Positions 43,990-52,622 of a stretch of DNA of 64,000 nucleotides are shown piece by piece; within the stretch, counting starts at the first letter, position 1; each line of letters opens with the position of its first letter. The notes under the pieces are model-generated. The model saw only the letters and a list, made by a program, of their open reading frames with translations. It was not told the origin of the DNA and searched no databases. The stretch covers positions 391 to 64,390 of the forward strand of contig JABSRZ010000006.1 in NCBI GenBank assembly GCA_013214705.1, in the 5' to 3' direction. Source of the stretch: Hyphomicrobiales bacterium (GTDB lineage Bacteria > Pseudomonadota > Alphaproteobacteria > Rhizobiales > OSC116). Position numbers and translations under genes: made by a program.

Positions 43990-45900
43990 ATGAAACCAGA
44001 GCTTGGAGTTTGTTATTACCCGGAACATTGGCCACAAGACGTGTGGGCCGAGGACGCCAAGCGGATGGTTGAGACCGGCCTAACTTGGGTGCGCATTGGC
44101 GAGTTTGCCTGGGGTAAATTGGAGGCCAAACAAGGTGTATACACTTGGGAATGGCTCGACAAGGCGGTCAAAATTTTGGGCGATGCTGGCTTAAAAGTGG
44201 TTATGGGCACGCCTTCGGCAACCCCGCCAAAATGGGTGGTGAATAAATATCCGGACATGTTGGCGGTGGATGAAGATGGCCGTGAACGCAAATTTGGCTC
44301 GCGCCGGCATTATTGTTTTTCTCATCTGGGGTTTAGAGCCGAAGCGGCGCGTATGGCCGGTGATATGGCCAAACGCTATGGCAAAAACCCATATGTGCAG
44401 GTTTGGCAAATTGACAATGAATATGCCTGCCATGATACGACATTATCTTATTCGGCGGCGGCGCGGCTGGGGTTTCAAGATTGGTTGGCGCAAAAATACC
44501 AATCGCCAGCGGCGTTAAACCGGGCATGGGGCAATGTTTTTTGGTCGATGGATTGTGATGATTTTGCCGAGATTGACCTGCCAAATTTAACCGTAACTGA
44601 GCCAAACCCCGCCCATGTTTTAGATTTTAAAAATTATTCATCCGACCAAGTTGTGGCGTTTAATGCCGCCCAAGTGAGCGCTATGCGGCGCTATACTGAC
44701 CGTGATTTTGTCCATAATTATATGGGTATTGAAACCAGTTTCGACCATTTTAAGGTTGGTGAAGATTTAGAAATAGCCAGTTGGGACAGCTACCCATTGG
44801 GCTTTTTAGAAAGATTTGAAACCAATGAAGGTGACGATTTTAAAGCCAAATATGCGCAACAGGGCAACCCAGATTTTCAGGCTTTTCACCATGATTTGTA
44901 CCGGGCTGTTGGCCGTGGGCGCTGCTGGGTGATGGAACAACAACCCGGGCCAGTCAATTGGGGACTTTATAACCCAATACCGCTAGATGGCATGGTTAAA
45001 TTATGGTCGATGGAGGCCATCGCGCATGGGGCGGAGGTGGTGAGCTATTTCCGCTGGCGGCAAGCGCCGTTTGCACAAGAGCAAATGCATGCTGGCCTGT
45101 TGCGGTTTGACCGGGTAAATGCCCAAGCCCAAATTGAAGCTAAACAGCTGGCGGATGAGCTTAAAAACCTAGGTGATATTAGCCACAAAACCGCTCAGGT
45201 GGCGATTGTGTTTGACTATAAATCGGCCTGGGCATGGGATATTCAGCCACAGGGTGCGAGCTTTGATTATTTTAAATTGGTGTTTGAGCAATATTGTGCT
45301 TTGCGCAAATTAGGACTTTCGGTGGATTTTATACCGGCCAATGCCACAGATTTTGGCAACCGCAAACTGGTGCTTATACCGGCATTGATGACGTGGAGCG
45401 AACAGTTAAACAAGGCGATTGCCGATTTTGACGGGGTGGTGATAGCGGGGCCGCGTACAGGCTCTAAAAATGCAGATATGCAAATTAACCAGCCGCTCGG
45501 GCCAAATTTTGCCGGTGCAAAAGTATCGCGGGTTAGTAGCCTGCGGCCAAATGTTAAACTTCCGCTTAAAAGTGCTGGCAATGCTATAAATTGGTTTGAG
45601 GAAATTGAACTAAGCCAAGGTGCTGAGGCCGTGGAATTCACCCAAGATGGCGCGCCGATACTAACCAAAACTGACCAACATTATTATTTGACGGCTTGGT
45701 TAGATGTAGAGGCTTATGCAAATATATTTGAAATTTTGGCAAAACAAGCCGGCTTGAAAACCAGCCTCATGCCAGAAGGGGTGCGCCTGCGCGACATGGG
45801 GACAAAACAATTATTGGTAAATTACAATAATTGCGAAGCCAAATTTGGTGACATACATTTAGCGGCAGCAAGTTATAAAATATTAGAGGGCTTAAACTAG
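43990..45900 (+). CDS. Beta-galactosidase, GH42
   Basis: N-terminal LGVCYYPEHWP .. VRIGEFAWGKLE and WQIDNEY catalytic-acid motif typical of GH42. 636 aa. Confidence 0.9.
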   Translation: MKPELGVCYYPEHWPQDVWAEDAKRMVETGLTWVRIGEFAWGKLEAKQGVYTWEWLDKAVKILGDAGLKVVMGTPSATPPKWVVNKYPDMLAVDEDGRERKFGSRRHYCFSHLGFRAEAARMAGDMAKRYGKNPYVQVWQIDNEYACHDTTLSYSAAARLGFQDWLAQKYQSPAALNRAWGNVFWSMDCDDFAEIDLPNLTVTEPNPAHVLDFKNYSSDQVVAFNAAQVSAMRRYTDRDFVHNYMGIETSFDHFKVGEDLEIASWDSYPLGFLERFETNEGDDFKAKYAQQGNPDFQAFHHDLYRAVGRGRCWVMEQQPGPVNWGLYNPIPLDGMVKLWSMEAIAHGAEVVSYFRWRQAPFAQEQMHAGLLRFDRVNAQAQIEAKQLADELKNLGDISHKTAQVAIVFDYKSAWAWDIQPQGASFDYFKLVFEQYCALRKLGLSVDFIPANATDFGNRKLVLIPALMTWSEQLNKAIADFDGVVIAGPRTGSKNADMQINQPLGPNFAGAKVSRVSSLRPNVKLPLKSAGNAINWFEEIELSQGAEAVEFTQDGAPILTKTDQHYYLTAWLDVEAYANIFEILAKQAGLKTSLMPEGVRLRDMGTKQLLVNYNNCEAKFGDIHLAAASYKILEGLN

Positions 45901-47142
45901 CTTTGCATGCATTGCATGGTTGAGGGTAAAAATCACGGCATTTTCTAAGTCTATGATGAAATTTTTGCGGCTTTTAAACCGTCTAACATCGTGGATGTCG
46001 TGATAAATATAAATTCTTTTTGGGGCATCTTTTTGGCCATCGCAGATAATGTCTACATCTTCAGCGATTTTAGCAATTTTGTATATTTGGTTTGTTTTGC
46101 TGCGCTTCCAATCAAATAATATATTTGATGCTTCTAATTTTGAATCTTTCAATTGAGCAGCCACCCAATTTACGGTTGCTTTGGCTTTTTTATCTTGAGG
46201 TGGCAGGATTTCTAAAGCAACAGATATTCTACGTGAGATTAGATCGGCGGTTACCGATATTTCAGACTTGGAATCCTTAAATTTGAATTTGGCTTGTAAT
46301 TTGTAATTTTCGGCTAATTTTTTGCGCTCAAAATCTAATCTTGTTTCTTGGTCGGCGCGACTGCCCGCATCGTGGATGAATGACACATCGCCGTTATAAA
46401 GGTGCATAATTTTAGAGGTTAAATCGCGGCATTCTTGCTGCCAGCCGTGAACAATTTCAGTTACCCCTGCAGTGTTAGTTTTAAACCCGACGCCAATACT
46501 AGATGATTCTATGAACTTTTTCCAATCTGCTGGCATGGCATCATAGGTTAATATTCCGCTTTCTTTAATCCAAAAATAGTTAAGACATTGTTGAATAAGC
46601 ACTAGTTCAATGGAGCTGCAACTATTGTTGTTGGTTAAAAACAACTCCATAGACGTACGAATTTCTGCCCACGCGAAATGCACTATGTTAGGTTGGTTTT
46701 TTCGGGTTTTTTGCAGGTTATAAGGTAATTCTTGTGGTGAATTGGCAAATTTATTTGAAATTGAAATGATGGTATCTACTTCTAAAACGCCCGCTAGATC
46801 GATATATCTTTTGATTTGTTCAGAAGTTATAGGGTTGTTTACCGCCTTGGCTTCTATAAACGCTGTCCAATTAGTCGCGCCGCGTGTGCAAGCCAACAAG
46901 CCGTCTGGCCGTGCTTCATCTTTGGTCAGTCTGGATGACTTGTAATTAGGTTCCATAAAACTTTGATAGTTACAAGTTTTACCAGAATTATAACCACATT
47001 GTTTCAGAAATTCGCCGCGATATTCGGGCACCATTTCGAGCAAGCACATAAAAATAGACAATAAGCGCCGTTCGGTTTTTTTAAAAATCGGAATGAGCTG
47101 AGGTTGGTTATTATGGGTCGAAAGTTCGGTGACAGATTTCAT
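45892..47142 (-). CDS. Orphan protein with N-terminal RecB-like PD-(D/E)xK nuclease motifs and an uncharacterised ~270-aa C-terminal region
   Basis: RPDGLLACTRGATNWTAFIEAKAVNNPITSEQIKRYIDLA contains the D .. ExK .. QxxxY motifs in canonical order. AT-rich. ATG at 47142 (the ORF-track TTG at 47154 is also possible). The 3' end overlaps the convergent GH42 gene by 9 nt. Confidence 0.6.
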   Translation of the reverse strand: MKSVTELSTHNNQPQLIPIFKKTERRLLSIFMCLLEMVPEYRGEFLKQCGYNSGKTCNYQSFMEPNYKSSRLTKDEARPDGLLACTRGATNWTAFIEAKAVNNPITSEQIKRYIDLAGVLEVDTIISISNKFANSPQELPYNLQKTRKNQPNIVHFAWAEIRTSMELFLTNNNSCSSIELVLIQQCLNYFWIKESGILTYDAMPADWKKFIESSSIGVGFKTNTAGVTEIVHGWQQECRDLTSKIMHLYNGDVSFIHDAGSRADQETRLDFERKKLAENYKLQAKFKFKDSKSEISVTADLISRRISVALEILPPQDKKAKATVNWVAAQLKDSKLEASNILFDWKRSKTNQIYKIAKIAEDVDIICDGQKDAPKRIYIYHDIHDVRRFKSRKNFIIDLENAVIFTLNHAMHAKLV

Positions 47143-47208
47143 ACACACATCCAATATAATTGCATTAAACTCAAATACAACTATAAGTATATATGAAACT
47201 TGTGCAAG

Positions 47209-47739
47209 TTAAGACTCAACTGGTCGAATGTCGACTTGGGCGGTTTGGCCTTCGAAATGGTGCTCAATAAGGTTTTCGCCTGCGCCATCTCTGTCGACAA
47301 TCCAGAAGTTTTGTTGTTCGGCCAATGTTAGTAGCGGGTGATGCCACACGCCTTTATTATATTGTACGCCTTGCACGCCGGTGGCGATGAAGGCTTGGCA
47401 GGTTTGGGCGGTTGGCACATTGCCGGTGGCAACTACAATTAGCCAATTATGGCCTTGCATCGGCAAAAAGGCTTGGCTGCCTAACGGATGTTTTTCCATC
47501 ATTAATATTTGTAGCGGAAACTGCCAACGCTTTGATTTAAAAATGGAAATGATGCTGCTGCCATTTTGCGTATCCGTATCGCTTGTGGCAAGCTTATGAT
47601 AGCGGCGGGTCATATCTTGGTTGATTAGATATGATTTATCCTCATCCATTTCGATGACATCGCCAAAGGGCGCGAATGCCTGTTGGGTGAGCGGTTTGGG
47701 GGTTAATATTAACGGTTTGGGGTTGCTCATTTTGGTCAT
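47209..47739 (-). CDS. allA: Ureidoglycolate lyase
   Basis: 176-aa AllA-type cupin (FAPFGDVIE .. HPLGSQAF .. WHHPL). ATGA-type 4-nt overlap with allantoicase. Confidence 0.85.
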   Translation of the reverse strand: MTKMSNPKPLILTPKPLTQQAFAPFGDVIEMDEDKSYLINQDMTRRYHKLATSDTDTQNGSSIISIFKSKRWQFPLQILMMEKHPLGSQAFLPMQGHNWLIVVATGNVPTAQTCQAFIATGVQGVQYNKGVWHHPLLTLAEQQNFWIVDRDGAGENLIEHHFEGQTAQVDIRPVES

Positions 47740-48743
47740 TTGGCTAATTTGCCAAAAATACGCAGGCGCGAAATGCCACCATCCGGGTATATATTTAATT
47801 TCACATGGCTTATTTTGCCAATGTCATTTAAGTGGCTCTTATCAAAATAATGTTGGTTGTCGGCGCTGAGTTTTTGTTTGGGCAATAATTCCTGCCAAAA
47901 CATGGCATCGGTGGTGATGCTGCTATCGGTGCCAGCCTCAATATAGGCGGCATCTAACGAAAACATATCCGGAAAATTGCCTTTAAAATGAGCGGTATCG
48001 CATTCGATTTTTTCGATAAACCCGGCATGGCCAAGTTCGATGATGATCCAGTCATTGCCTGGTTCGCGGCGGCGGCGGGTTTCCCATCCATCGCCCATAT
48101 TTATGCCGCGGCCTTCTGCTAATAATGCCCACACCCCGCCATAATGGGCATTGTTATAAGCCACAATGCGGCCAGCGTTTTTAACCGCCGAAAGCTCATG
48201 TATATCGGTGGATGATTTATTTTGCCAGTTGCAAAACGGCACGCCATAAACCCGCAAGCGGGCAATGCCGCCATCGGGGTGCATGTTTAAACGCAACCAA
48301 TTATACGGGGTTTCATCATCCACTTCTACAATGGTATGAGTGTTGGGCCCGAGGTCTGTGGCGGGGACAATTTCAACCCAGACCGATTGGTCGGTTGGTG
48401 GGGTTTCGCTAGCACATGCGAATATCGAAGCCGCTGGCGGGTAATTGCCGGTAAAATAGCTGGTGTCGATATCAACCGCTTTAATTGCGCCCAAACAACC
48501 AAGTTTAATGATCGCATGGTCTTGGCCACCATCACGCCGGCGGCGGCTTTCCCAGCCGTCCATCCATTGGCCATTATTATCAAATGTGCCTAATTTGCTA
48601 ATCGGCTCGGCATCGGCTATCAGCCGTTGTTTGTCGGCAAAAAAATCGTCAGTGGCAAAAATAACTTCTGCACCCAGCCGGGCTGAGGCCAAATTTACAT
48701 ATTCATTTTCATATTTATCAGCAAGTGTGTTTTTAGTGGTCAT
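47736..48743 (-). CDS. alc: Allantoicase
   Basis: Two allantoicase repeats (GWESRRRR / GWETRRRR). ATG at 48743. The longer ORF-track form (to 49022) overlaps puuE and is rejected. Confidence 0.85.
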   Translation of the reverse strand: MTTKNTLADKYENEYVNLASARLGAEVIFATDDFFADKQRLIADAEPISKLGTFDNNGQWMDGWESRRRRDGGQDHAIIKLGCLGAIKAVDIDTSYFTGNYPPAASIFACASETPPTDQSVWVEIVPATDLGPNTHTIVEVDDETPYNWLRLNMHPDGGIARLRVYGVPFCNWQNKSSTDIHELSAVKNAGRIVAYNNAHYGGVWALLAEGRGINMGDGWETRRRREPGNDWIIIELGHAGFIEKIECDTAHFKGNFPDMFSLDAAYIEAGTDSSITTDAMFWQELLPKQKLSADNQHYFDKSHLNDIGKISHVKLNIYPDGGISRLRIFGKLAK

Positions 48744-48753
48744 ATTGTCACCA

Positions 48754-49665
48754 TTATTTAGAGGGATGGGTTTCCACCCAATGATTTGCGATGTCGATGC
48801 GCCGGGCGAACCAGACATGGTCTTTAGACTGTGCATAATCGACAAACCGTTTGAGCGCGGCAAAGCGTGCAGGGCGGCCAATGATGCGGCAATGCAAGCC
48901 GATTGATAGCATTTTGGGTTTGGTATCGCCTTCATCATATAGGCAATCGAAAGCGTCTTTAAGATAGGTGAAAAATTGATCGCCAGAGTTAAAGCCTTGC
49001 GGTGCGGCGAAGCGCATATCATTTGTATCTAGGGTGTAGGGCACAATTAAATGCGGTTTGTCGGTCACGCGCGACCAGAAGGGCAGGTCGTCTGAATAAT
49101 CGTCAGCATCATAGGTAAAACCGCCATGTTCGACGAGCAAATTGCGGGTATTTTCGGATGTGCGGCCGGTATACCAGCCTAACGGAACTTCACCGGTAAT
49201 TGACTTATGAATTTCGATGGCTTGTTGCATATGCGCGCGCTCGACATCTTTTGGTAGGTCTTTATAATTTATCCAGCGTAAGCCGTGGCTGCAAATTTCA
49301 TGCTGGTCTTTTAGCGCTTGTTCTATAACCGCTGGGTTGCGTTGCATGGCCATGGCCACGGCAAATAAGGTGATCGGAATTTGGCGCTGGCGAAATAGCT
49401 CCAAAACCCGCCAAACACCGGCGCGTGAACCATATTCATATATCGATTCCATCGACATATGGCGTTGGCCATGAAATGGCAAGGCACCGATAATTTCTGA
49501 CAAGAAGGTTTCTGACGCGTCATCGCCATGTAAAATATTATTCTCGCCGCCTTCTTCGTAATTTAGCACAAATTGCACCGCAATGCGTGCCTTGTTTGGC
49601 CAATTTGCCTGTGGAGGAGTCTGCCCGTAACCGCTCATATCACGGGGATATGTTAAATTATTCAT
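48754..49665 (-). CDS. puuE: Allantoinase, PuuE type (polysaccharide-deacetylase fold)
   Basis: YPRDMSGYGQTPPQANWPNKARIAVQFVLNYEEGGE is the typical PuuE N-terminus. 303 aa. Confidence 0.85.
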   Translation of the reverse strand: MNNLTYPRDMSGYGQTPPQANWPNKARIAVQFVLNYEEGGENNILHGDDASETFLSEIIGALPFHGQRHMSMESIYEYGSRAGVWRVLELFRQRQIPITLFAVAMAMQRNPAVIEQALKDQHEICSHGLRWINYKDLPKDVERAHMQQAIEIHKSITGEVPLGWYTGRTSENTRNLLVEHGGFTYDADDYSDDLPFWSRVTDKPHLIVPYTLDTNDMRFAAPQGFNSGDQFFTYLKDAFDCLYDEGDTKPKMLSIGLHCRIIGRPARFAALKRFVDYAQSKDHVWFARRIDIANHWVETHPSK

Positions 49666-49763
49666 ATAAATTCCTTTAATGGCCTGTTCTAAAACTCTCT
49701 GGTTGATCTATAAAGCATTATTTAAAGCGGTGATTGATGCCAAAATGTAAGCTTAACAAATGG

Positions 49764-50696
49764 TTAACTTTCTAAGTTACGAAAATGGTTGAGTGCAAGG
49801 TCCAAATGCGAAATAAATGTCCGCGGTGCGAGCGATAATTCATGGGTATTATTGGTGACCAATACCAGCTGATCGGCAGGCAATTCGGGCTCGGAAATGG
49901 GCACAAAAACCAACGAGCCTGCGCGTTTCTCGGCCTCCATACCCAATTTGGTTTGAAACGCAATATAGCCGCTTTCAAACACCAATGACTTCATAAAGCG
50001 TAGTGAATTGGTGCGCACCATGGTGTGGGGAGTTAGTGAATTTTGTTGCATAACTGTTTGTAATATATGGCCAATAGACAGATTGTCGTTGGGCATGGCG
50101 ATGGGGTGTTGAATGCATTGTTCTAACGTACAGCTTTGGTTTTTGGCCAATTCGTGGGTTGGCAGCATCACCGCGCCGATGGTGAGTTCTTGGCAATTTA
50201 CGCTGGTCAACTCGCCATGATTTGGCACATTAAAGCCAATGGCCACATGCACATCTGCGTTGGTGATGGCCTGCATAACCCGGGCCGAGCTGCCCATAAA
50301 AATTTCGATTTGGATGCCGGGGTAAGTTTTCTGAAAGCGCGAGACCACACGTGCCATAAGGCTTTCTGATACGCTTTCGACCACCGCAACTTTAACCATG
50401 CCGCGCTTGAGGCCGCTTAAATCATCTAGGGCTTCCAAGGCGCTATCAAAATCGGCCAAGGCGCGTTTGGCATGCACCAATAAAACTTCACCGGCTTCTG
50501 ACAATATAATGCCACGGCCAACCCGATCGAATAATTGCAAGCCAAATTGTTGTTCTAAATTAAGTATTTGGCGGTTAACGGCCGATGAGACTACATTTAG
50601 GCCGCGCGCGGCACCGCGAATTGAGCCAACCTTGGCGACCTCGACGAAATAACGTAAGGCCGGTGAATAAAAGACATGTGCAGCATTATTTTTCAT
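49764..50696 (-). CDS. LysR-family regulator divergent from hiuH-xdhABC
   Basis: LysR HTH (FVEVAKVGSIRGAARGLNVVSSAVNRQILNLEQQFG) plus effector domain. Confidence 0.9.
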   Translation of the reverse strand: MKNNAAHVFYSPALRYFVEVAKVGSIRGAARGLNVVSSAVNRQILNLEQQFGLQLFDRVGRGIILSEAGEVLLVHAKRALADFDSALEALDDLSGLKRGMVKVAVVESVSESLMARVVSRFQKTYPGIQIEIFMGSSARVMQAITNADVHVAIGFNVPNHGELTSVNCQELTIGAVMLPTHELAKNQSCTLEQCIQHPIAMPNDNLSIGHILQTVMQQNSLTPHTMVRTNSLRFMKSLVFESGYIAFQTKLGMEAEKRAGSLVFVPISEPELPADQLVLVTNNTHELSLAPRTFISHLDLALNHFRNLES

Positions 50697-50710
50697 GTTA
50701 AGCTTTTTTG

Positions 50711-50733
50711 ATTGATGCTATAAAGACATCAAT
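50711..50733. promoter_or_regulatory. LysR-type dyad (T-N11-A class) in the LysR/hiuH divergent promoter
   Basis: ATTGATG-N9-CATCAAT perfect dyad, 15 nt upstream of the LysR ATG. Confidence 0.35.
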
Positions 50734-50806
50734 TTCATTACATTATATTACTTTTATGAGCAATTATAATCTGACAATATTGTGCGAATAAATATAGAGG
50801 TAAAAA

Positions 50807-51157
50807 ATGGGCGCGTTAACAACACATGTTTTAGATACCGCCAGCGGCACACCGGCTGCGGGTTTGAAGGTCGAATTATGGTTTTGCAGTGGGCCAGAGA
50901 AAATTTTGCTTAAAATGGCAAAAACCAATCAAGATGGCCGATTGGACGAAGCCGCACTGGCGGGGGATGATTTTGTGAACGGAAAATATGAATTGCGGTT
51001 TCATGTTGGCGAATATTTCGCCCAACGTGGGGTGGTCAATGAACCAGCGTTTTTAGACATAGTGCCAATTTGTTTTGGGGTGGCCGACTGCAGCAGCCAT
51101 TATCATGTGCCATTGCTGGTGTCGCCGTATAGTTATTCGACTTATCGAGGTAGTTGA
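50807..51157 (+). CDS. hiuH: 5-hydroxyisourate hydrolase (transthyretin-like)
   Basis: [16 protein letters not shown] start and the C-terminal [18 protein letters not shown] signature. Confidence 0.9.
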   Translation: MGALTTHVLDTASGTPAAGLKVELWFCSGPEKILLKMAKTNQDGRLDEAALAGDDFVNGKYELRFHVGEYFAQRGVVNEPAFLDIVPICFGVADCSSHYHVPLLVSPYSYSTYRGS

Positions 51158-51158
51158 T

Positions 51159-52622
51159 ATGCCAAATAATCAAGTAGAATTTATACGTGGCGGCCAGCTA
51201 AATAGTGTGGCAAATGTGAAACCGACTGACACTTTGCTCGACCATTTGCGGCTTAACGATGGTGCATATGGCACCAAAGAGGGTTGCGCCGAAGGCGATT
51301 GCGGCGCTTGCACGGTGGTTTTAGGCCGCCAAGTGAATGGTGAAATGCAGTATCGACCAGTGAATAGTTGTATTTATTTTATGGGCATGGTCGATGGACA
51401 AGAGGTTATAACTATTGATGATTTGGCCGCCAGAGGCCAAGATTTGCACCCTGTACAGCAGGCGATGGTCGATTTGCATGGTTCGCAATGTGGGTTTTGC
51501 ACCCCGGGGTTTGTGATGGCATTATTTGCGTTATACCATGGCCAAGGCAGCGTGGACCGAGATGACATCACCACCCAGATTGCCGGTAATTTATGCCGTT
51601 GCACTGGTTATCGGCCCATCATTGAGGCTGGGCTTAAAGCCTGCCAAAATAGGCAAGATGATAGGTTTGACGGGCAAATGCAGGCCACAGCTAAACTGTT
51701 GGCAGCAAGGCCGTTAGAAGATTTATTTATTGGTGATGACACACGGTTCTTTGCCGCGCCAAAATCTCTTGCCTCATTGGCAGAGCTATATGCCAAACAT
51801 ACTGACGCCACCATTGTGGCTGGCGCGACCGATGTCGGCTTATGGGTGACAAAACGTTTGATGGATTTGCCAAAAATTATTTATATTGGTGACGTTGTCG
51901 GACTTGACCACATTATCGACCAAAGTCAAAACCTAACCTTGGGCGCGGCGGTAACTTATGCGCATGCAGAGCAAGCATTGGCCAGAATAGATGCTGACAT
52001 TGGCGAAACCTTAAGGCGCTTAGGCTCAAAACAAGTGCGCGAAAGTGGCACGGTGGGCGGCAACATTGCCAATGGTTCACCGATAGGCGACATGCCGCCG
52101 ATATTAATCGCATTGGGTGCAGACATTGTGCTGCAAAAAGCCGATAAAAGCCGGGTGTTGAAATTAGAAGATTATTTCATCGCCTATGGGAAACAAGACC
52201 GGCAACAAGGCGAATTTTTAAAAGAAATTATCATTCCTAAACTGGCAAAAAATGAATATTTCCGATGTTATAAAATTTCAAAACGGTTTGACCAAGATAT
52301 ATCAGCAGTGATGGCGGCGTTTCATTTTACAATAGTTGAGCAAAAAATAACCCAAGCGCGCATTGCATTTGGCGGCATGGCGGCCACGCCAAAACGTGCT
52401 GCGGCGACCGAAGCGGCATTGGTTGGCTTAGACATTTTAAGCTTTGATGAAAATCATACATTGCTGGATAAATTGGCTGAGGATTTTACCCCGCTAAGCG
52501 ACATGCGCGCCAGCGCACAATATAGGTTAGATGTGGCCAAAGGTTTATTGACCAAAGCGATTGTTGAAGCGGGTGAGCTGGCGGGCGAAACCCGAGTGAT
52601 TAAGCGGCGGGAGGCAAGCTGA
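51159..52622 (+). CDS. xdhA: Xanthine dehydrogenase small subunit (2Fe-2S plus FAD domains)
   Basis: [19 protein letters not shown] and CRCTGYRPI cluster motifs plus an FAD-binding domain. ATG at 51159, one nt after the hiuH stop. Confidence 0.9.
   Translation: MPNNQVEFIRGGQLNSVANVKPTDTLLDHLRLNDGAYGTKEGCAEGDCGACTVVLGRQVNGEMQYRPVNSCIYFMGMVDGQEVITIDDLAARGQDLHPVQQAMVDLHGSQCGFCTPGFVMALFALYHGQGSVDRDDITTQIAGNLCRCTGYRPIIEAGLKACQNRQDDRFDGQMQATAKLLAARPLEDLFIGDDTRFFAAPKSLASLAELYAKHTDATIVAGATDVGLWVTKRLMDLPKIIYIGDVVGLDHIIDQSQNLTLGAAVTYAHAEQALARIDADIGETLRRLGSKQVRESGTVGGNIANGSPIGDMPPILIALGADIVLQKADKSRVLKLEDYFIAYGKQDRQQGEFLKEIIIPKLAKNEYFRCYKISKRFDQDISAVMAAFHFTIVEQKITQARIAFGGMAATPKRAAATEAALVGLDILSFDENHTLLDKLAEDFTPLSDMRASAQYRLDVAKGLLTKAIVEAGELAGETRVIKRREAS

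Noticed and set aside
48744-49022. N-terminal 93-codon extension of allantoicase (ORF-track 47736-49022) overlapping the 3' end of puuE.
   Set aside because: Homology-like sequence starts at MTTKNTLADKYENEYVNLASARLG (ATG 48743), 10 nt after the puuE stop. The extension is low-complexity and would overlap puuE by 269 nt.
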